Shown: in pieces, positions 43,224-54,206 of the stretch | Position numbering within the stretch: the stretch's first letter is position 1 | How the letters are laid out: each line of letters begins with the position of its first letter | Source: Pirellulales bacterium | GTDB lineage: Bacteria; Planctomycetota; Planctomycetia; Pirellulales; PALSA-1355 | DNA length: 64,000 nt | Direction of reading: 5' to 3' | Assembly (NCBI GenBank): GCA_963733035.1 | Contig: CAVTBU010000005.1 | Coordinates: 1,376,001 to 1,440,000 of the forward strand | Translations under genes and position numbers: made by a program | Notes under the pieces: generated by a model | What the model was told of the DNA's origin: nothing | The model's database searches: none | What the model saw: only the letters and a program-made list of their open reading frames with translations

Positions 43224-44414
43224 TTACTCCCTGAGCGGTGCCGAAATAGCCACCGCGCAAGGCACAAAGATCATCAACGGCAGCCAGGCGGCCAGCGACG
43301 GCTCAAGCAGGTAGCTGGCGCCGAGAAAACGACAACCGAGGACGACTAACATGAACGCCACCACCAGCGCCAGGCACAATCCGATTGCCATAAACACATT
43401 ACGGTTTGACCGAGAAAGTACCAGCGGCAACCCCAAAAACAGAAGCGTCAGGTCGAGTACCGGTTGAACGATCCGCGAATGGATAGCCATCCGCTCGCCG
43501 GCGCCGTAGTCGAGACTGCGATTCCGCAAGCCGCGTATCAACTCCCAGGTACTGGACAATTGCCGCCAATTGCTGTCCGCCGCAAGATACTCGAAGCCGA
43601 CGTCGCTCGCCACAAAACACTGCCCCGGTTTCAACCAATCGTAGTCCCGTGGCGTAAGCAACACCGGCGGTCCATCGCCCAGGCCTAGCGACTTTCGCTG
43701 GTCTAGGTCGACCGGCTGGGTCACGCCGGCCATCAGATAGCCGCCCGGCCGGTCTCCTTCCGGCGGCTGATAAAACGCGTTTTCCGCCACGACGCGCGGA
43801 CCATACCGATCTAACCCGGCAGGCATCTGAAAATCGGGTTTGTGGATTCGCTTCTCGTCTCCGTAAACCTGGTCGGACGCACGGAGCAACACGCCGGTTT
43901 CGTAGTCGTAGCGCGGGATCAGTTGTTTTCCGCGACTTCCGCCCAGATTCTGCGCGTTGTGGCTCAGGTTTTGTCGTACCGTGGAGATCGGTATGACCAG
44001 CTCGCGATTGGCCACCTTAAGCCCGATAATCACAATCGCCGTGGCGATCAACGGCTTGATTACGCGCGATTTGGGAATGCCCGCGGCTTCAAGTGCGGTT
44101 AACTCGTTGTGCCGCTGAATCCAGGTTACGGTGAACATGGCCGCGATCAACGTGACGATCGGACTTGTGCTATCGAAGAACGACAACGCGCGGTAAGCGT
44201 AATACTGGCCCATCACCGTCGTAAGGCTGCTGTTGTCGCGCGAGTAGGTAATGAATTCTTCCAGGTTCGTAAAGGCGTCGATGACAATATACAAGCCCGT
44301 CAGGCTGCAAAAGCAAATCAAAAAGGTTTGTACGAACTGCCGCAGCAAATAGCGATCGACGATCAACAACCCGCGCACCGGACGAGGTGTTGCGATGGGA
44401 TTCGAGTTCGCCAC
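43224..44414 (-). CDS. LptF/LptG family LPS export permease
   Basis: IVDRYLLRQF, RHNELTALEAAGI, C-terminal AAWLP; 3+3 TM layout. Confidence 0.88.
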   Translation of the reverse strand: MANSNPIATPRPVRGLLIVDRYLLRQFVQTFLICFCSLTGLYIVIDAFTNLEEFITYSRDNSSLTTVMGQYYAYRALSFFDSTSPIVTLIAAMFTVTWIQRHNELTALEAAGIPKSRVIKPLIATAIVIIGLKVANRELVIPISTVRQNLSHNAQNLGGSRGKQLIPRYDYETGVLLRASDQVYGDEKRIHKPDFQMPAGLDRYGPRVVAENAFYQPPEGDRPGGYLMAGVTQPVDLDQRKSLGLGDGPPVLLTPRDYDWLKPGQCFVASDVGFEYLAADSNWRQLSSTWELIRGLRNRSLDYGAGERMAIHSRIVQPVLDLTLLFLGLPLVLSRSNRNVFMAIGLCLALVVAFMLVVLGCRFLGASYLLEPSLAAWLPLMIFVPCAVAISAPLRE

Positions 44415-44455
44415 GAATTATTGCCTCCTGTTAGTTCGTGGACAGCCGCTCATTC

Positions 44456-45731
44456 CTAGTGCGAACGACGAATGGCACGCGACAGGGCCTCGACCCCTCG
44501 GCGAATGTTCTCTGGCGATTGCACGCCAAAACTCAAACGAATCCGATCCTTGCGTGCGGGGAACCCAGCCGACGGATAGCAGTATTCACCAGGCACGTAG
44601 AGCACGCCCTCGGCCAGTGCATGCTCGATGAGCAATCCGCCCGGGCCAGCATCCATCCCCTCGGGTAGCTCAAGCCATACGTAGAGCCCGCCGCTGGGAC
44701 GATTCCATCGCACGCCCGCAATTCCGCCCAAAAAGTCGTCCATGGCCCCGAGCATGGCATCCATTTTCAATTGGTAGTTCTGCCGCAGAAGTGCCAGGTG
44801 AGGCTCGAACAGGCCCCGCTCAAAGACCGCCGACATTAACTGTTGATTCAGGTGCGGGGAACCGAAATCGATGGTTGCTTTCAGGCCCGAGACAGGCCCG
44901 ACCAATTCCTCGGGCAAGATGCCCCAGCCCACGCGCACGCCGGGGGAGAACGACTTGGAGAAGGTTTCGGCCACGATCACCGTTTCGCCGCTTTCGTCGA
45001 AGGCCCGCAGGCTTGGCACGTCGGTGCCCGAGTATCGCAGTTCGCGATACGCCGCGTCATCAATCACGTAGATCGGCGCGGGTTGACTGTGTCGTTTGGC
45101 AATCTCCACGATCGCCTCGCGACGTTCGACGGGAAGCGTTACCGTACTGGGATTTTCAAAGTAGCTTGTGACATAAATCGCCTTAACACGCTGCCGTTCG
45201 CCCGCTTTTTCCAGCCGTTCGAGCGATTCGCGCAGCGCCTCGGGAATGATTCCCTGTTCATCTATTGCCACGCCGACGGCCCGCGCCGAGACCGTGGAGC
45301 ATTCCCAGGAAGACAAAATAAGTCGGCGCGGCACAAAGCACGATGTCACCCGGGTCGAACAGCACTTCTCCGACCAAATGCAACAACTGATTGCTGCCGG
45401 CGGTGAGCAACACCTGGTCGACGGCGGGGCGATACCCACGGGATTCTCCATCCGCCGACAGTAATCTGGCCAACACCGCCTCACGCAGAGGTAGGTACCC
45501 CGCATTCGTACCGTATTGCAGCGCCGCTCGCCCTCGCTCAAGGTCGCCGAGCACAGCAGCTAACGCCTGCTGCGTTTCGACGACCGGCAGACTGGCCTGA
45601 TCGACAAATCCGGCTGCGAGCGAAATGAGCTCCGGCTGCGCAAGCGCGCAGCGCATCAGCTCGCTGATCGGCTGCTGATCGAAACACCGGTGCGCTGACT
45701 CAGACGTCGGGGGGCGGTCATGGAAGGGCAT
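44456..45731 (-). CDS. PLP-dependent class I/II aminotransferase (apparent frameshift near 45285)
   Basis: LISLAAG, ALQYG, TAGSNQ in one ORF; DAAYREL, TFSKSFSPGVRVGW in another. Confidence 0.88.
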
Positions 45732-46186
45732 CGCTGGGTCGAGGATGGCGGCGAAACCTTATTTAAGCTTTTGCGGTAGGTCAAGATCGGTCAATGTCAC
45801 CCTCGACGCTCGTTCGGAGGACTGTTTGGCTGCAATGAGTGCGAACACGCGAAATTCTCAGAAATTTTCTTGTCTAAATCTAGGACCTGGATGTTGCAGC
45901 CGTTAGAATCGAGGCTGCTGGCAAGCTGACTTGCTTTACCTAACTCATACCGGAACAGACCTCAGGAAAGGACGCTACTGGCGTCGTCGCGCGTAATTCG
46001 ACTTCCTTTTGCGCCGGTGTTGTTCGTCCGTTTCGTGGACTGCCAGGCTTTCCCGTCTGAGTCCTCCCGAAAGGAAGGATCCCGTCTCTCCGCCGCACGG
46101 CGCCCAGTTTCCAGATGCCCACTCCGGGGCGATTAGCTTCCGGTGCGATGACGCGCGACGATGTTTGGTAGGTCCGGATCGTATCT

Positions 46187-49100
46187 ATGTTGAGAAGACT
46201 GCTGAGCAGAGCATTTGGTTCTTCGCTACCGGCGCGGTCGCGCCGACAAAAACCCCGACGGCTACCGCAACATTGGCGCAGCTTTCATCCCGCAATTGAC
46301 GCGCTGGAAGACCGCCGTTTGCTCAGCGTCTCACCTGCGACGGACGAGGCTGCCTGGGTGGCCTCTCCGCTGAATGCGACGGCCGAAGTCGTGGGCAGGC
46401 GATTGTTTTACAACAATTCCCGGTTTGATGGAAATAATCCTGCAATTAACGCCACGGATGACTCGGCCATCGCCACCAACAAGATTGCACTCGTCAGCGG
46501 TCAAACGGCCACGTTCAACAACTACATCAGCTACTCAGCGGGGATCAACGGCCTGATGATCGACATCGCGGGCCTGGCGGGCACGCCAACGCTCGACGAC
46601 TTCGTGTTTCGCGTCGGAAACAAGAATGACGTCGCGTCCTGGAGCGATGCACCAGCTCCGACCGGCTTTAGCCTGCGTCCGGGTGCCGGCGTGGGCGGGT
46701 CGACGCGCATAACTATCACTTGGGCCGACGGTTCAATTCGCAATCAATGGTTGCAAGTGATGGTCTTGGCTACGCCATCCACGGGACTTGCCACTGCCGA
46801 CGTGTTTTATTTCGGGAGCGCCGTGGGAGACACAGGGAATTCGCCTTACAACGCCGCATCAAATGCCACCGATCAACTTCTCGTGCGCACGAACCCGCAT
46901 GACAATACGAATCCGGCCTTGGTTACGTCTGCCTACGACTTCAATCGCGATGGACTGGTCGATTCGTCGGATGAACTAATCTCGCGCACCGCCTACGCGA
47001 CGAACTTCGCGCTGTTGAATTTGATCACGCCGGACAATTTCAGTCCCGCCGAGGTTGTCGGCCGGCAAGTGTTTTACAACAACTCGTCGTTCGACGGCAA
47101 CAATCTGGCCGCTGGTGCCGCCGACGACAATGCGATTGCCACGGACAAAACCGCGCTGCTCCCGGGTCAGACAGCGTCTTTCGCCAACTACACATCCTAC
47201 AGTCGTGGCATCAATGGCATCATGATCGACGTCGCGGGGCTGACGGCCACGCCGACGCTCGACGACTTCGAGTTCCGCGCCGGGAACGATAATTTGCCGG
47301 ATGGTTGGAGCCTGGCGCCTGCGCCCAGCAGCATTTCGGTCCGCGCCGGAGCCGGCGCAGGAGGTTCTGCACGTGTGACACTGGTCTGGCCAGATGGCAC
47401 GATCGTGGGCAAGTGGTTGCAGGTCACGGTGAAGGCCACCGCCAACACATGGCTCGTGAAGCCCGATGTTTTTTACTTTGGCAATGCAGTCGGCGAAACC
47501 GGTAACTCCGCGTCCGACGCCAAAGTGACAACGGCCGACTACCAGGCCACCAATCAATCCGTGGGCGCGACGAATGTGGCGGTTACTTCGCCGTACGACT
47601 TCAATCGCGACGGCTCGGTGACCTCGGCAGATACGTCAATCTTAGTCGCCAATTTGGTGAATCCCGAGCTCAAGTTAATCACTCCGGCACACGCCGCGCC
47701 AGCAGTTCCCTTTAATGGCCTGCCGGCGTTCATGGATTTTGTCTCAACCGACGTGGTCAACCGCGGCATCTTCTACAATAACTCGCAGTATGACTCGCTG
47801 AATCCGCTGATCGATGCAAAAGACGACAATGCGATTGCGCCGGACAAGGTGGCGCTTTTGCCCGGCCAAACGGCTACGATGGCCAACTACACCAGTTACA
47901 CGCGCGGCATCAACGGGATCTTTGTCGATATTGCCGGCGCGCCGTACAACTTGACGCTCGACGATTTCGAGTTTCGCATCGGTAATTCGACGGATCCCTC
48001 CACCTGGTCCCAGGCCCCGGCGCCGCTACAACTTGTTGTACGCCCTGGCGCGGGCGTGAATGGCTCGCAACGGGTGATGATCGCATGGCAGGACAATGTG
48101 ATTCAAAACACCTGGTTGCAGGTAACGGTGAAGTCGACATCGGTCACCGGTCTAAAGCAAGACGACGTGTTTTATTTCGGGAACCTCATTGGCGATGCGG
48201 GAGCAAATGCCATGCTGCCCGTCGTCAATGGATCGGATCAGATTTTTACCCGTAACCAAACATATAACTTCATCAGCGCGGCCCCGATTACGCACGTGGC
48301 GGACTTTAACCGGGATATGCTGGTCAATTCAACCGACGAGTGGGCCTCGGCCCGCAATCAAGGCAAATACCTAGTGAATCTGACGGCTCCGCTGCCAAAT
48401 ACGGCCCTTGAACCGCACCTTCCGCTGCCAAATTTTTTCCAATCCGGCGACTCCGGGATTTATGTCTCCTTTGCACCGAACCTCGTAAAGACGCCGGATG
48501 GAACCATACTCTATATCGCCGAAGCGCGATCGGGCATTGGCGACGACACTGGCTACGGAATTCTCCTCAAGCGCAGTTTTGATGGCGGAGTCACATGGAC
48601 CCCGATCTCGATCATCTATCAGGAGGCGACCAACGCCATTCGAAGCCCGGCCGCGGTCGTTGACAATGTTACGGGCGAAGTGTTCTTGCTGTTTACGCGC
48701 AATGACAGCGAGATCCTCGTCACGTCTAGCAAAGACAACGGCGCCACCTGGTCTGCTCCGACCAACATCACGAACGACGTCAAAGTAACGAGCGACGGAA
48801 ATCCGAATCCCGCCGCGTTCCCTGACACACCCTGGGGTTGGTACGCTGTCGGCTCGGGTCACGGCATTCAATTGGAGCACGGTGCCTATGCCGGTCGGCT
48901 GATGATTACCGGAGACCACCGGTTGACGGCCGATCGGACTGGCCCCTCGTGGTCGCACGTCATCTACTCCGACGACCACGGCCAGACCTGGCATCTGGGC
49001 GGTGGACTTCAGCAGACGAGCGCCAACAACAACTCGAATGAAAACGTCATCGTCGAGCAAAGTAACGGCGTCCTCTACATGAACATTCGGGTGACCACCT

Positions 49101-50977
49101 CCGAGTTTCGCGCTTTCTCGCGCAGCTACGATGGCGGCATGACGTGGCAGAACATGTTCGTCACCGCACAACTGCAAACGTCCTCGGTGAATGCATCGAT
49201 TTTGCGAGTAAACGATAACACGCTCCTATTTGCTGCCCCCGACTCGAACAACGGTGGTCGGCAACGGATGACGATCTGGATCAGCCATACGGACGGCTAT
49301 AGCTGGACAAAGACGAAAGCCGTTTTCTACGGCTATGCGTCGTACTCGGACATGGTCCTGGTCGGCGACGACACCGTGTTGTTGGCGTTCGCATCCGGGC
49401 GTGTGGGGGAGGTTTCACAACAAAACAATACGCTGGTGCGATTCAACCTGCGGTGGCTCACCGAGCCTGGCGTGCCGCAATTCACCTGGCAATTCGCGGA
49501 GAAAGCCCCGGGCCAACGCGCCGAGATCGACAATACGGCGCTGATCGACGACTCGGCATGGGATAACCGTGCGATGGCCATGGCGAGTAACGCCGCATCC
49601 GCGCCCCAGTATGTCGATGGTCCCAACGGCCACACGGCGCTGCGCTTAACGGAGGGTGTCGACGCCGTCATGCTGGCAGGCACTCGAACCACAGCCTTGC
49701 AGCTGGAAAAGTCCGACAGCATGACCGTGGAAATGACTCTGCGAACAACGGACACTTCCGGCGTAATCATCGGAGCCCGCCCGGGCATTCGCGGTTGGTC
49801 GCTGCAAATCGTCAACGGACACGTCGTTTTCCTTGCCGTTGACAGTATGAGCAACTCCGCAATGGTGGTGAGTTCCGTCAACATAAGCGACGGAAGCTGG
49901 CACCGCCTGGTTGCGATCCGTGACGCAACCACCAAAATCTTGACGCTGATCGTCGACGACGTCGACATACAGACGGCTGTCGATGCGACACAAGGTACGC
50001 TTGCCAACGCAGATGCGATTATGCTCGGTGCCTACAACGATGGTACGCAACAACTCGCATTTGACATTGACGTTTTGCGTGTCACCAGAGCGGCGCTGAG
50101 CGCCGACGAATTCATGCCGGCTGATTTACCCGAGCCGCCCCGTTGGCCGGCACCCACATTCGGCAGCAATGCCCCCAATACAATCGCCGGACTGGCGTTC
50201 TGGTTGCCGGCCTATCAGCCCACGCTGTACTACGGTGACACCAATTTTACCGACACGTTGGCCGTGCATCCGACTGTCGGGTCGGTGGCCCAATCGGCCC
50301 ACGATGTCTCGCCAAATGCGTTTCGAGTGAAGGCGAATTTCGGCAACCGCGGGGTCTTGTATGCGGAGGATTCGCAAGTGGGGGCGAGCTGGCAGTTTGA
50401 ACCTGAAACGGCCGACGCCGCACACTCGCTAATTGTCAACGCTTCCAACGGAACGAAGCCGAACAGTTTCGATTTCGTGCAAAATACTGGAGAATTCACG
50501 ATTTCGACGTTTGTCAAGGTCGATCAATGGACCGGCTCATCAATGTCGTTGTTCGACAACATCAATGCCACTACCTCGAATCCGGGATTCTCGCTGATGT
50601 TACAATCAGACGGTTCATTGCGGCTGATGGTTGTTGGTTCAGCGGGGACGGTGCGATTCAATGACTCGACACCAATTGGGACGATTTCGCAACACGCGTG
50701 GTACCAGATTGCAGTGGTCGGCAACGGTCAAGGGCAACCCGTCACTTTTTACGTTACGCCGGTAACGAGTGCGGCCGTCGATGCTTACCAGTCTAGTGCC
50801 TTTGCGATCGGGAATGGACAGTATCCCACCACCAGCAGCCAGGATTTGGCGATCGGCGGCCGAATTAATTCCCAGGCCGCTTTCAATGGCGAGATGGTCG
50901 ATCAAACGATCTACAATCGAGCGCTAACGACCGCGGAAATACAGCAACTTTTCAACTACACCAAAAAAACGAACTAA
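46187..50977 (+). CDS. Giant secreted protein: three planctomycete repeat domains + GH33-like sialidase propeller + two LamG-like domains
   Basis: LEDRRLLS motif; 3 x ~215-aa repeats with DFNRDG-like EF-hand/dockerin-like ends; five Asp-boxes (SxDxGxTW-like); DGSWHRL and FNGEMVDQTIYNRALT LamG signatures. Confidence 0.85.
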   Translation: MLRRLLSRAFGSSLPARSRRQKPRRLPQHWRSFHPAIDALEDRRLLSVSPATDEAAWVASPLNATAEVVGRRLFYNNSRFDGNNPAINATDDSAIATNKIALVSGQTATFNNYISYSAGINGLMIDIAGLAGTPTLDDFVFRVGNKNDVASWSDAPAPTGFSLRPGAGVGGSTRITITWADGSIRNQWLQVMVLATPSTGLATADVFYFGSAVGDTGNSPYNAASNATDQLLVRTNPHDNTNPALVTSAYDFNRDGLVDSSDELISRTAYATNFALLNLITPDNFSPAEVVGRQVFYNNSSFDGNNLAAGAADDNAIATDKTALLPGQTASFANYTSYSRGINGIMIDVAGLTATPTLDDFEFRAGNDNLPDGWSLAPAPSSISVRAGAGAGGSARVTLVWPDGTIVGKWLQVTVKATANTWLVKPDVFYFGNAVGETGNSASDAKVTTADYQATNQSVGATNVAVTSPYDFNRDGSVTSADTSILVANLVNPELKLITPAHAAPAVPFNGLPAFMDFVSTDVVNRGIFYNNSQYDSLNPLIDAKDDNAIAPDKVALLPGQTATMANYTSYTRGINGIFVDIAGAPYNLTLDDFEFRIGNSTDPSTWSQAPAPLQLVVRPGAGVNGSQRVMIAWQDNVIQNTWLQVTVKSTSVTGLKQDDVFYFGNLIGDAGANAMLPVVNGSDQIFTRNQTYNFISAAPITHVADFNRDMLVNSTDEWASARNQGKYLVNLTAPLPNTALEPHLPLPNFFQSGDSGIYVSFAPNLVKTPDGTILYIAEARSGIGDDTGYGILLKRSFDGGVTWTPISIIYQEATNAIRSPAAVVDNVTGEVFLLFTRNDSEILVTSSKDNGATWSAPTNITNDVKVTSDGNPNPAAFPDTPWGWYAVGSGHGIQLEHGAYAGRLMITGDHRLTADRTGPSWSHVIYSDDHGQTWHLGGGLQQTSANNNSNENVIVEQSNGVLYMNIRVTTSEFRAFSRSYDGGMTWQNMFVTAQLQTSSVNASILRVNDNTLLFAAPDSNNGGRQRMTIWISHTDGYSWTKTKAVFYGYASYSDMVLVGDDTVLLAFASGRVGEVSQQNNTLVRFNLRWLTEPGVPQFTWQFAEKAPGQRAEIDNTALIDDSAWDNRAMAMASNAASAPQYVDGPNGHTALRLTEGVDAVMLAGTRTTALQLEKSDSMTVEMTLRTTDTSGVIIGARPGIRGWSLQIVNGHVVFLAVDSMSNSAMVVSSVNISDGSWHRLVAIRDATTKILTLIVDDVDIQTAVDATQGTLANADAIMLGAYNDGTQQLAFDIDVLRVTRAALSADEFMPADLPEPPRWPAPTFGSNAPNTIAGLAFWLPAYQPTLYYGDTNFTDTLAVHPTVGSVAQSAHDVSPNAFRVKANFGNRGVLYAEDSQVGASWQFEPETADAAHSLIVNASNGTKPNSFDFVQNTGEFTISTFVKVDQWTGSSMSLFDNINATTSNPGFSLMLQSDGSLRLMVVGSAGTVRFNDSTPIGTISQHAWYQIAVVGNGQGQPVTFYVTPVTSAAVDAYQSSAFAIGNGQYPTTSSQDLAIGGRINSQAAFNGEMVDQTIYNRALTTAEIQQLFNYTKKTN

Positions 50978-50986
50978 CCGCCGGCA

Positions 50987-51796
50987 TTGATGCGGCGGCT
51001 CGCCCGCATGCGCCGTGCCGCACGCTCATCTCGATCTGCCTTTCCTTGCACAACGAATTGGCGGCGCACCGGCAGCCGATGGCTCGGTCTCGGCCTCAAT
51101 CTGGTCTTTCCTCCCATTTGCGCGGGATGTCAGGCGGCGATTGAACCGGGAACGGCAATTGCGTTGTGCGATCCTTGCCGCGAAAAATTCATCGACACAA
51201 GTCCTGCCTGCGACCGGTGTGGATGCAGACGGCCACCGGACGGCGCGCCAGAGGTATGTTCGCATTGTCGCCAGTGGCACCCCAAGTTCGAGCGCGTATT
51301 TCGACTGGGAAGCTATGAGGGGGAGTTGCGTAGGGCCGTTTTGAGAATCAAACGTACTCACGAACGCGCGCTGGCCATCGCGCTTGCGGAGATATTGGGC
51401 GAGGCGTTCGCCGCCCGATTCTCGCAGCAGCCTCCCGACGTCGTCATCCCCGTTCCCATGCACTGGACCCGACGCATTTGGCGCGGAACTAACAGTCCGG
51501 AAACCATCGCGACGCGGCTGGCATCCCGTTTAAATATCCCGCTGGCGACGGAAATCCTCGTGAGATCTAAACGTACGGCACCTCAGGCACCGCTCTCGCC
51601 TCCCAAGCGACGGGCCAACGTGCGCGGTGCGTTTCGTGTTCGCCCGCATAGCGATCTGCCGGGTGCTCGAATCCTTCTGGTCGACGACATTATGACGACC
51701 GGGGCCACGCTCAACGAAGCGGCTAAGGTCCTTGCCACGGCGGGAGCCGGCGAAATCACGGTCGCCGTGCTGGCGCGAGCCGAGGGACACGCCTGA
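50987..51796 (+). CDS. comF: ComF family protein (double zinc ribbon + PRTase)
   Basis: Four CxxC motifs, IPVPMH, LLVDDIMTTGAT; start uncertain. Confidence 0.85.
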   Translation: MMRRLARMRRAARSSRSAFPCTTNWRRTGSRWLGLGLNLVFPPICAGCQAAIEPGTAIALCDPCREKFIDTSPACDRCGCRRPPDGAPEVCSHCRQWHPKFERVFRLGSYEGELRRAVLRIKRTHERALAIALAEILGEAFAARFSQQPPDVVIPVPMHWTRRIWRGTNSPETIATRLASRLNIPLATEILVRSKRTAPQAPLSPPKRRANVRGAFRVRPHSDLPGARILLVDDIMTTGATLNEAAKVLATAGAGEITVAVLARAEGHA

Positions 51797-51886
51797 CCGC
51801 CCAAAGCGGGTTGTCGTTTCGTCGGGAATGAACAGAATAGGAAGCGACGTCCTGTCAACCTACGAACTTCGCCAAGCAGGTTTCCG

Positions 51887-52816
51887 ATGAGCGATTCGCG
51901 TCTTCGGCTCGGAACGCGGGCCAGCGCGCTTGCCCGTTGGCAAGCCGCCTGGGTCGCCGCACAGCTCCAGAATCGCGGCATCGTCGTCGAGCTCGTCCCG
52001 ATTACAACCAAGGGAGACACGCAATCTCGCGACCCGATCGGCAATCTTGGTAGTCCCGGCGTGTTCACCAAGGAGCTTCAACGGGCGCTGTTGGACGAGC
52101 GAATCGACCTGGCCGTGCACAGCCTAAAGGATTTGCCAACGGACGAAATTGATGGTCTATGCCTCACGGCCGTCCCAGAACGGGAAAGTCCACGCGATGT
52201 GCTCATCAGTCGCCAGTCGCTTGATTTCGACGCCTTACCGTCTGGTGCCGTGGTTGCCACCGGAAGCCTGAGGCGCCGCGCGCAGCTATTGCACGCCCGG
52301 CGGGACTTGCAAATGCGTGACATTCGCGGCAACGTGGACACGCGCCTGGAGAAGCTGGCCGACGGGCAATTCGATGCACTGGTGCTGGCCCATGCGGGGC
52401 TGAAACGCCTGGGCCTGGAAGGGCGAATCACCCAGATTCTTCCCGACGCCTGGATGCTGCCAGCCGTGGGGCAAGGCGCGCTTGGAATCGAATGTCGTCG
52501 CGCCGACGCGTCGACCCGCGAAGCACTCGCGGTGCTCGATCACGGTGTAACGCATCAGGCGGTTACCGCCGAGCGAACGTTGCTGGCCAAACTGTCGGGC
52601 GGATGCCTGGCGCCGATTGCAGCCTGGGGGCGAATGGCACACGATGGACAGCTACAGTTGGACGCCGCAGTTCTGGCGGCCGATGGAAGCCGCCGTATTG
52701 CCGATTCAGTTCTCGGCCCTGGCAGCGAGGCGACCCGTCTGGGAACAGAACTTGCGGCGATGTTGATCGACCAAGGGGCAAGCGAATTGATTTCGCAAGC
52801 TCGTGTTGGCGGATGA
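51887..52816 (+). CDS. hemC: Hydroxymethylbilane synthase
   Basis: GTRASALARWQA, DLAVHSLKDLP, IRGNVDTRL, GGCLAP. Confidence 0.95.
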   Translation: MSDSRLRLGTRASALARWQAAWVAAQLQNRGIVVELVPITTKGDTQSRDPIGNLGSPGVFTKELQRALLDERIDLAVHSLKDLPTDEIDGLCLTAVPERESPRDVLISRQSLDFDALPSGAVVATGSLRRRAQLLHARRDLQMRDIRGNVDTRLEKLADGQFDALVLAHAGLKRLGLEGRITQILPDAWMLPAVGQGALGIECRRADASTREALAVLDHGVTHQAVTAERTLLAKLSGGCLAPIAAWGRMAHDGQLQLDAAVLAADGSRRIADSVLGPGSEATRLGTELAAMLIDQGASELISQARVGG

Positions 52817-52900
52817 ATCGAAGTGGGTGCCGACAAACTCGCTTTCGCGTCACGGCGTGGCCGCGAAGAGTTGCCGGTCCCCTACTTTCGCGCCAGGCAG

Positions 52901-52928
52901 AATAGTCTTTCCGTGGCGTAGCCGATAA
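52901..52928 (+). promoter_or_regulatory. Possible sigma-28 (FliA) promoter of fliW
   Basis: Perfect GCCGATAA -10 at 52921-52928; weak -35 (AATAGTCT). Confidence 0.4.
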
Positions 52929-53109
52929 AGTCATCCCGGTTTGCCGCGCAAGCTCCAAGCCTCCTTAATTTGTGGTGCCGAGACAACTCGTGGCCGATCT
53001 AGGCTATGTGTGCTAGTACGAGTCGCGCATGCAAGAAAGGTGCCGCAGGGCGAAAGTGTCGCTGTGTTGACGGCGCCAATTGTGAGCTTCACGGACGGAA
53101 GAACACGCC

Positions 53110-53550
53110 ATGGAAATCCAAACCACCCGGTTCGGTCAGTTGGAAGTCGCCGCCGGCGATGTGCTTCGCTTTCCGGCCGGCCTACCCGGTCTGAACGATT
53201 GCACGTCGTGGGTCTTGTTGGCTGATTCCCACAACGACGCGTTGGGTTGGTTGCAGAGCATCGACCATCCCGACGTGGCGCTGGCCGTCGTAAGTCCGCA
53301 GCGATTCGTCCCCAACTACGAATTGCGTGTTGGCCGCGGCGAACTCGGCGCGGAATTGTCAAACCGAGTGGACGAACTCCACGTGCTGGTTGTCGTTAGC
53401 ACCAGTGATCGCGGAATCACCTTGAACCTGAAAGCCCCGTTGGTCATTCACCTACGAGAAGGCATCGGTCGCCAGGTGATTTCCAATAGTGACCACCCGG
53501 TACAATACGAACTGACATCCCAGGCCCCCCCGGTGAGCAAAGCCGCGTAA
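53110..53550 (+). CDS. fliW: Flagellar assembly factor FliW
   Basis: TTRFGQL, FPAGLPG, WLQS, NLKAPLVI, GRQVI; adjacent to csrA. Confidence 0.9.
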   Translation: MEIQTTRFGQLEVAAGDVLRFPAGLPGLNDCTSWVLLADSHNDALGWLQSIDHPDVALAVVSPQRFVPNYELRVGRGELGAELSNRVDELHVLVVVSTSDRGITLNLKAPLVIHLREGIGRQVISNSDHPVQYELTSQAPPVSKAA

Positions 53551-53753
53551 ACGAGAGATCCCAAGAAACAAAGGGCGACCGAATGGAAATGTCGGTCGCG
53601 GCCAGATCATACGGATTAAACCACCCTCAACAACCCCGCCGCCGCCCGCGCTCACCCAAGCCCGTGCGAGGCAAGCCCCCCGGAAACACCGCCACTTTCC
53701 GGACATCCCCGCCAACGGCCCCCGTGGCCAGCGGTCTATAGGAAGGAGTCACG

Positions 53754-53999
53754 ATGCTTGTTCTGTCGAGACAGCGCGACGAAAGCATCATCATCGGCGA
53801 CAATATTGTCGTCACGATTGTCGACATCCGCGGCGACAAGGTGCGGTTGGGTATTAACGCGCCCACTGAGATTCCGGTGCATCGCCAGGAGATCTACGAA
53901 GCCATTCAACGCGAGAATCGCAGGGCCAGCCGCGTCGAACCGAAAGATATGCGGGGACTGGGTAATTCGGCTACGGATCCCAAGCGACCGACGCCTTAG
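53754..53999 (+). CDS. csrA: Carbon storage regulator CsrA
   Basis: MLVLSR..ESIIIGDNI...VRLGINAP..IPVHRQEIY; AGGAG RBS. Confidence 0.96.
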   Translation: MLVLSRQRDESIIIGDNIVVTIVDIRGDKVRLGINAPTEIPVHRQEIYEAIQRENRRASRVEPKDMRGLGNSATDPKRPTP

Positions 54000-54206
54000 C
54001 CCCTCCTCTTCGAATGGAATCAACGCTGCACGCGCACCTCGGTTCGAACCGTAGTCCGACACCCGGCTATCACTTCGCCCTGCAATTCTGATTTGCGACC
54101 GGCAAATTCCCTGCCAGTGCCACGCCGTGCACCACTCCTCAATCGACGTTCTCGGCCCTATGATGGGTGAAACGAGAACCATTTGTTTGCGAGGAGACCT
54201 ACCGCG

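Noticed and set aside
45732..46186. Long leader before the giant secreted protein as a riboswitch
   Set aside because: No c-di-GMP, cobalamin, TPP or other consensus recognisable by eye
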